This document shows, in pieces, positions 58,364 to 64,000 of a DNA stretch of 64,000 nt. The translations under genes and the position numbers were made by a program. The stretch spans positions 32,001 to 96,000 of the forward strand of contig JBBSWH010000009.1 of NCBI GenBank assembly GCA_038046385.1. Direction: 5' to 3'. Positions within the stretch are counted from its first letter, which is position 1; the number at the start of each line of letters is the position of its first letter. The notes beneath the pieces are model-generated. The model did not search any database. It was not told the origin of the DNA and was given only the letters and a program-made list of their open reading frames with translations. Source of the DNA: Nanobdellota archaeon. Lineage in GTDB: Archaea; Nanobdellota; Nanobdellia; Woesearchaeales; GW2011-AR4.

Positions 58364-59827
58364 ATGAAATCCGGATTTTACTCAAGAGCGGCAGTTGCTG
58401 TGATAATTTTAGGAATACTTCTGAGGGCAATGCTTTTATTCACCCATACAATTTCCGGAGATGCCTGCTGGCATCATACCGCATCAAAATTCATAGCGGA
58501 AGAAGGAAAATTTCCCTTATATGAGCAGGTCGGAAGAGATGAACCGTTCTGGCCGCCGCCGCTTTTCCATATAATTGCAGCATTTTTCTATTCCTTATTT
58601 GGAGAACCCGGACTCAAGATAGCCCCATTCCTTTTTGGAAGCCTTGCGCTGATTTTCTCGTACAAGCTTTTGCGCAAGATGATGGGGGAGAGGGCATCAT
58701 TTTATGCAATATTGTTCATGGCATTCATACCAATATCAGTTGATTACAGCGTTCTTGGGTATGTTGACTCAATAATCCCATTTTTTACAATCGCAGCAAT
58801 CTATTTTGCCATCGACAAAAGATTTGTGCTGAGCGGAGTGATGGCTGGCCTTGGAATACTGGCAAAATACAACGCGGTCTTCCTTATTCCGGTTTTGATG
58901 TACATAGCCTGGATAAAAAGCAGCAAAGATTCACGCTGGAAGAATATTATATTAGTTACATCAATTCCAATAATCATAAGCCTGCCCTGGTTTATCAGGA
59001 ACTGGATTTTGCTTCATAATCCTATATGGCCTTTCCTTAATTTTGTGTTCCACGGATACGAAGCTTTTCCAAGAGGCGCTTATTCAGGGATAAGCCTTGT
59101 CAACCTCTCTTCCATTTACACATATATCATGATTTATCTTGGCTTTTTTGGCGTGCCTGACGGAGCTTATTGGCTTTTGTTCTTTTACAATACTCCATAC
59201 ATATGGTTTCTGATATCGCTGTTTCTTGCAGGAACTCTTATTTTTGTCGTTCCGCTTTTCTTCGGATTCGGCAAGAACAGGCATAGGAAAATATTTTATG
59301 TGCTTATTGCATCATTTATGGTTTTGTTTTTCCTTTTTGAGCTAAACGTTAGGCCGGCTGTATCAAGAATAATGCTTCCGGCACTTATCGGGGCAGCATT
59401 TATTTACGGAAACGGAATGGAAAGGATACTAAAAAAATACTCAAAATATTCAAAAATAATAAATCTGATTATAATTGTTGCAGTTGCAGGATTCATTTTT
59501 GCGGAGTCTGTGAAATTCACATCAGCCACAAAAAGCTGGAACCTTTACAAAGATGATTTTGAATGGGTAAAATCCAACACCAGCAAGGACGCAGTCTTCC
59601 TGATGGGGAGCCAATGCATTCCTTTGCGCATAGACAGGAAATCGGTTTTTCCCTCTTTAAGCATAGATTCAAATGATTATGATTATGTGTGGGTAAACCA
59701 GGAATTCAAACTGGAGCCGCAGTCCGTATTGCCTGATGCATACATAACAAGGATTGAAAACAAAAATCCCCAGACGGTTTACAGCAACAACAGGACAAAA
59801 ACCAGCATTTTCAAAGTGCAGAAATAA
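58364..59827 (+). CDS. GT39/ArnT-like GT-C membrane glycosyltransferase
   Basis: LRA.......GDA..H, WPPPLFH, LAKY and PWFIRNW....NP motifs. Confidence 0.8.
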   Translation: MKSGFYSRAAVAVIILGILLRAMLLFTHTISGDACWHHTASKFIAEEGKFPLYEQVGRDEPFWPPPLFHIIAAFFYSLFGEPGLKIAPFLFGSLALIFSYKLLRKMMGERASFYAILFMAFIPISVDYSVLGYVDSIIPFFTIAAIYFAIDKRFVLSGVMAGLGILAKYNAVFLIPVLMYIAWIKSSKDSRWKNIILVTSIPIIISLPWFIRNWILLHNPIWPFLNFVFHGYEAFPRGAYSGISLVNLSSIYTYIMIYLGFFGVPDGAYWLLFFYNTPYIWFLISLFLAGTLIFVVPLFFGFGKNRHRKIFYVLIASFMVLFFLFELNVRPAVSRIMLPALIGAAFIYGNGMERILKKYSKYSKIINLIIIVAVAGFIFAESVKFTSATKSWNLYKDDFEWVKSNTSKDAVFLMGSQCIPLRIDRKSVFPSLSIDSNDYDYVWVNQEFKLEPQSVLPDAYITRIENKNPQTVYSNNRTKTSIFKVQK

Positions 59828-59854
59828 CTCGCTGTATATAAAATCAAAAATAAT

Positions 59855-60904
59855 TTATTTTACAGATTCTGACATTAATTTAATGTCATAATCGACCATA
59901 AGATTGACTAGATCGCTGAAAGTGGTCTTTGGTTTCCATCCGAGCTTTTTCTTTGCATAAGATGAATCTCCAAGAAGCTCTTCAACTTCAGTAGGCCTGA
60001 AATAAACCGGATCAATTTTCACTATTGTTTTTTTTGTTTTTTGGTCAATTCCTATCTCATTAATCCCCTTTCCTTCCCATACTATGTTAATGCCAACTCT
60101 TGCAAATGCCTTTTCTACAAATTCCCTTACTGTGTGGTTTTAGCCTGTTGCTATAACAAAATCTTCCGGCTCTTTTTGCTGCAGCATAAGCCACATTGCT
60201 TCTACATATTCCTTTGCATAACCCCAGTCCCTTTTTGCATCAAGGTTTCCGAGGACAAGCTGGTTATCCAGCCCGAGCTTGATTTTAGCAACCTGCTGCG
60301 TCACTTTCTTCGACACAAAATTTTCCCCCCTTCTTTCAGATTCGTGGTTGAAAAGTATGCCGTTGCAGCAGAACATTTTGTAAGCTTCCCTGAAGTTGAT
60401 GGTTATCCAATGAGAATACAGCTTGGCTATTCCGTAAGGGCTTCTTGGATAAAAAGGCGTTTTTTCAGTCTGGGGGACTTCAAGAACCTTGCCATAAAGC
60501 TCGCTTGTGGATGCATTGTAAAACCTTACCTTATCCACCATGTTAAGATTTTTTATTGACTCAAGAATCCTTAAAGTTCCCAGTGCATCTGAATTTGCCG
60601 TATATTCAGGTATCTCAAAAGAAATCTTTACGTGGCTTTGCGCTGCAAGGTGGTAAACTTCAGTTGGCATTACATCCTTAAGAATCTTTATTATGGAGCT
60701 TGAGTCGGTCATGTCCCCGTAATGCAGCGTTAATTTGCCCCTTTCTTCATGGTCATAGTCATAGATGCTCTTCAGCCTTTCCCTGTTGAATGAGCTTGAG
60801 CGCCTTGCTATCCCATGGACTTCGTAGCCTTTCTTAAGCAAGAATTCAGCGAGAAAAGACCCGTCCTGCCCAGTAATTCCGGTAATCAAAGCAACTTTCT
60901 TCAT
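59855..60904 (-). pseudogene. gmd: GDP-mannose 4,6-dehydratase with one in-frame TAA at 60140-60142
   Basis: [24 protein letters not shown] and NHESERRG motifs. After VIATG* the same frame continues NHTVREFVEKAF...DPVYFRPTEVEELLGD...KLGWKPK to a TAA at 59855-59857 (350 codons in total). Confidence 0.88.
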
Positions 60905-60946
60905 AATTTTACAGAAAAGGAACTGTATTTAAATATTTTCTATTTT

Positions 60947-61218
60947 AGGTGTTATTGAAAAGTTCGCAGCTTTGAGCTTTGGGTTGCCATCGCTCAGCTT
61001 GGGATTTATTGTTAAATTGCATTTTTCTCTCTGGAATGTCAAAAATCAATGATTTTTGAGCATACGCAAATCCTAGGGATTTGCTTTACTCCGAAAAATG
61101 CCTAATTCACTATTTTGATAAGCTTCGCATGTCGAGAAATGCTTTGCATTTTCGATCACCCCGAAAATCTTTGATTTTCGTTGTATTGATGGCAACCTTC
61201 AACTTTTCAATAACGCCC
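60947..61218. mobile_element. MITE-like non-autonomous element (272 bp) with terminal inverted repeats and internal hairpins
   Basis: Left end AGGTGTTATTGAAAAGTT versus reverse complement of the right end GGGCGTTATTGAAAAGTT (16/18 match). Flanking direct repeat TATTTT at 60941-60946 and 61219-61224. Inner inverted repeat GGTTGCCATC/GATGGCAACC. Confidence 0.7.
61039..61180. repeat. Cluster of four short hairpins with 3-nt loops (REP-like)
   Basis: TCAAAAATC-AAT-GATTTTTGA, GCAAATCC-TAG-GGATTTGC, AAATGC-TTT-GCATTT and CGAAAATC-TTT-GATTTTCG. Confidence 0.75.
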
Positions 61219-61280
61219 TATTTTGCATATTATGCTTTAAGGAAACTTTATATACTAAGATTTACGCTTGTCAGCATACG

Positions 61281-61691
61281 ATGGGGAAGAATAAAACAGA
61301 GAAGATAAATTCAAAAAACGGGCTTCTGGCTATAATAATAAGAAAAGGGTATGGCACAGAAGGAGTTAACTTTGTTTCTCCTGACAATTTTCCGCTGCAG
61401 CTTGGCATGCATCTAAGGAAGAAAGGCGATTTCATCAAGCCGCACAAGCACGTGCCGTTTGATAAGCTGCTGAATATTCCTGTGCAGGAATTTATATATG
61501 TGGAATCCGGCAGGGTGCAGATAAACATATTTGAAGGAAACAAAAAAATAAAGAAAGTTTCATTGTCAGGCGGGGATATGATACTTCTCAACTGTGCGCA
61601 TGATTTAAAGTGCGTTGAAAAAACCAAGATGATAGAAATAAAGCAGGGCCCCTACAGGGGAAAACAAGAGGAGAAAAGATTTCTAAAATGA
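61281..61691 (+). CDS. Cupin-fold protein (WbuC-like) of sugar-biosynthesis loci
   Basis: PHKH...QE...V.SG and H......EIKQGPY motifs. 4-nt overlap with the aminotransferase gene. Confidence 0.7.
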   Translation: MGKNKTEKINSKNGLLAIIIRKGYGTEGVNFVSPDNFPLQLGMHLRKKGDFIKPHKHVPFDKLLNIPVQEFIYVESGRVQINIFEGNKKIKKVSLSGGDMILLNCAHDLKCVEKTKMIEIKQGPYRGKQEEKRFLK

Positions 61692-62809
61692 AAATACCGG
61701 TCTGCGAGCCAACATTAATGGGCAATGAGCTGAAGTATGTAACAGAGTGCGTTAAAACAGGCTGGGTTTCCTCGTCAGGAAAGTTCATACAAGAATTTGA
61801 GGAAAAGTTCAGCGATTACTGCAATGCAAAACACGGGGCAAGCTGCTCATCCGGAACAGCGGCAATACATCTCGCAATTGAGGCAATGGGAATAGGAAAA
61901 GGGGACGAAGTAATAATCCCGACTTTTACGATGATTGGCGCGTGCAATGCCGTAATATATGCCGGAGCAAAGCCGGTTCTTGTGGATTCTGAAATGTGCA
62001 CATGGAACATGGACCCGGAAAAAATTGAAGAGAAAATAACAAAAAAAACTAAGGCAATAATGGTAATGCATACCTACGGGCACCCGTGCGATATGGACAA
62101 AATAAAGAAAATAGCGCACAAACACAGCATTCCAATAATAGAGGACGCAGCCGAAGCGCACGGAGCAGAGTATAACGGAAAAAAAACAGGCAGCCTCGGA
62201 GACATTGCGTGCTTCAGCTTTTACGCAAATAAGATAATGACAACAGGGGAAGGCGGAATGATAGTCACAGACAACAAGAAATGGGCAGAAAATGCAAAAT
62301 CACTGAGAAACCATTGTTTCGGCGAGCCAAGATTTCTGCACAAGAAAGTGGGCTATAATTACAGGATGACCAACATACAGGCTGCAATAGGAGTTGCTCA
62401 GCTTGAGAAGATAGATGAATATGTGGAAAAAAGAAGATCAAATGCAAAACTATACAACAAGCTACTCAACAATGTGAAAGGAATAAAAACCCCTCCAGAG
62501 GCAAAATGGGCGAAGAATGTTTACTGGATGTACGGGATTCTTGCAAATGAAGATTTTGGTATGAGCATGCCGAAAATCAGGGATGAACTGGCAAAAAATG
62601 GCATTGAAACAAGGACATTTTTCATAGGCATGCACAAGCAGCCGGCTTACACGGCCAAAGATGAAAGGTTTCCGGACTTGAAGGGAAAATATCCTGTATG
62701 CGACGAACTTCAAAAAAAAGGGCTTTACCTGCCGTCATCAACACACCTTACAAAAGAGCAGATAACTTACGTTGCCAACTCCATTAAATCCATAAAAAAA
62801 AGATTATAA
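61688..62809 (+). CDS. DegT-family aminotransferase, GDP-perosamine synthase-like
   Basis: IPVCEP..GNE..YV.ECV.TGWVSS.G, EDAAEAHGA, FSFYANKIMTTGEGG and GYNYRMTN motifs. Divergent from gmd. Confidence 0.85.
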   Translation: MKIPVCEPTLMGNELKYVTECVKTGWVSSSGKFIQEFEEKFSDYCNAKHGASCSSGTAAIHLAIEAMGIGKGDEVIIPTFTMIGACNAVIYAGAKPVLVDSEMCTWNMDPEKIEEKITKKTKAIMVMHTYGHPCDMDKIKKIAHKHSIPIIEDAAEAHGAEYNGKKTGSLGDIACFSFYANKIMTTGEGGMIVTDNKKWAENAKSLRNHCFGEPRFLHKKVGYNYRMTNIQAAIGVAQLEKIDEYVEKRRSNAKLYNKLLNNVKGIKTPPEAKWAKNVYWMYGILANEDFGMSMPKIRDELAKNGIETRTFFIGMHKQPAYTAKDERFPDLKGKYPVCDELQKKGLYLPSSTHLTKEQITYVANSIKSIKKRL

Positions 62810-62836
62810 TAAAATTATAAACTCCCGGTTAATTTT

Positions 62837-64000
62837 ATGAAACAAATTATAAAAAACAAAACTACGCTGCTGGCTCTAATATTGCTATTGGGCTTCTTTT
62901 TGAGATTTTACAGCCTTGGCGCAGAAAGCTTTTGGCTCGATGAAGGCGCAACAGGCCTTGCAATAAAAAAATATTCCCCATTAGAAATCATACAAAACGT
63001 AAGAGAAAAAGGGCAGATACTGCCGGATTATTATGCACATAATGATGACTTGCCGGCATATTATGTTCTGCTCAGCTTTTGGTCAAAATTTTTCGGAACA
63101 GATGAATTTGCACTGCGAGCATTCTCCGCAGCTTTTGGATTCCTTTCAATATTACTGGTATTTTACATCGGGATGGAATTATTTGATCCAAAAACCGCGC
63201 TTTTGTCGTCTTTTTTGGCGTCAATAAACCTTACCCTCCTGTGGTACTCACAGGAAGCAAGACAATATATATTCCTGCTATTCCTCAGCTTATTTTCGGT
63301 TTTGATGCTGTTCAAATACCTTAAAGCCCAGAAATCCAGATTTCTTGCAGGACTCTTCATATCAAATGCCCTGATTGTGTATTCTCAGTTTTCATGGATA
63401 ATCTTCCTTTGCTTTGAAGGAATTTACATCCTGTACGTATCATACAGCAATTTTGTAAAGCATAAAAAAATATATTGGCAGCTTCTGGCTCTTTTTTTGG
63501 TTCTGGCGCTTCTTTACATTCCGATAATAGGGAAGGCAATTTTCAGCAAAACCGATACTGTAAGGCTTTATGGCAGGCCAGACATAAGGCAGTTTGCAGA
63601 GTTTGGAATAAGGCTTGTGACGTGGATGTACCCAAGCGAACCAATGCGGCAGAAGATTTATGAATTTTCATTTGCCAAATTCAGTTTATTTGAATGGCTT
63701 TTGCTATTGTCTACAGCAGCTTTACTATTGCTTATGATGGCCTTCTTTTTGATTGGGTTTGCCAAGCTATTTCAAAACAGGAACATATTTTTATTTATTT
63801 TATTGATGATGGTTTTTCCAATACTTTTTGCCTTAACAGTCTCCTTTTTGCACCCAATAATCAACCTTTTCAGCATCAAACAGGTTATTTACGTGATACC
63901 TGCGTTTATTTTCGCCGTTTCATTTGGAATCCTCAGCACAAAAAAAGCCAAAACAATAGTGGCGGCAGTCATCCTGCTGTCAGCTCTTCCGGTTTTTTCT
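62837..64000 (+). CDS. GT39/PMT-like GT-C membrane glycosyltransferase, 3' end truncated by the window edge
   Basis: Not in the ORF track. ATG 62837 gives MKQIIKNK...FFLRFYSLGAESFWLDE...DLPAYY...YSQEARQY, and the same frame reads as a hydrophobic helix at the window end. Confidence 0.82.
   Translation, partial: MKQIIKNKTTLLALILLLGFFLRFYSLGAESFWLDEGATGLAIKKYSPLEIIQNVREKGQILPDYYAHNDDLPAYYVLLSFWSKFFGTDEFALRAFSAAFGFLSILLVFYIGMELFDPKTALLSSFLASINLTLLWYSQEARQYIFLLFLSLFSVLMLFKYLKAQKSRFLAGLFISNALIVYSQFSWIIFLCFEGIYILYVSYSNFVKHKKIYWQLLALFLVLALLYIPIIGKAIFSKTDTVRLYGRPDIRQFAEFGIRLVTWMYPSEPMRQKIYEFSFAKFSLFEWLLLLSTAALLLLMMAFFLIGFAKLFQNRNIFLFILLMMVFPILFALTVSFLHPIINLFSIKQVIYVIPAFIFAVSFGILSTKKAKTIVAAVILLSALPVFS

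Noticed and set aside
60140-60142. Stop-codon reassignment explaining the TAA in gmd
   Set aside because: TAA, TAG and TGA all terminate many full-length genes in this window, and only one interrupted gene was seen.
60041-60559. 172-aa plus-strand ORF
   Set aside because: Antisense shadow of gmd.
61039-61180. Hairpin cluster as a CRISPR array or tRNA
   Set aside because: The units are not identical direct repeats with regular spacers, there is no cloverleaf, and no cas genes are in the window.
61081-61308. 75-aa ORF overlapping the MITE-like element, considered as a transposase fragment
   Set aside because: It has a TTG start, no DDE or HUH motif, runs across hairpins and a promoter, and overlaps the cupin gene.

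Overview
The whole 64-kb window is one large cell-surface glycan biosynthesis and modification locus of about 60 CDSs. I found no rRNA, tRNA, CRISPR array or transposase. The source is probably an archaeon, and DPANN/Woesearchaeota-like by inference: many genes have a TTTA(A/T)A box about 21-27 nt before the ATG and no Shine-Dalgarno site. Content: heptose enzymes (gmhB, rfaE2-like, GT9); 7 GT2, 3 GT4 and about 10 GT-C-type membrane proteins; a Wzx-like flippase and a UPF0104 membrane protein; 3 nucleotide-sugar dehydrogenases; 3 DegT aminotransferases; a WbpA/B/E/D(+I)-like 2,3-diamino-uronic acid pathway; Gmd/Rmd/Per-like GDP-sugar enzymes; 5 methyltransferases; and 2 sulfatase-like proteins with a Thr nucleophile. 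Most notable: (1) a tightly coupled wecB-acpS-fkbH-ACP-maoC-AAC(3) operon that looks like a self-contained ACP-dependent C3-acyl amino-sugar N-acylation system; (2) an inserted receptor-like gene with signal peptide, Cys-rich ectodomain, TM helix, coiled coil, HNH nuclease and J-domain; (3) a GT-C family whose small multi-TM partner is a separate gene twice and fused twice; (4) gmd broken by a single in-frame TAA, next to a 272-bp MITE-like element with terminal inverted repeats, a target-site duplication and four hairpins; (5) a Gfo/Idh/MocA-FAD oxidoreductase fusion. All product calls come from motif recognition by eye; no database searches were run.
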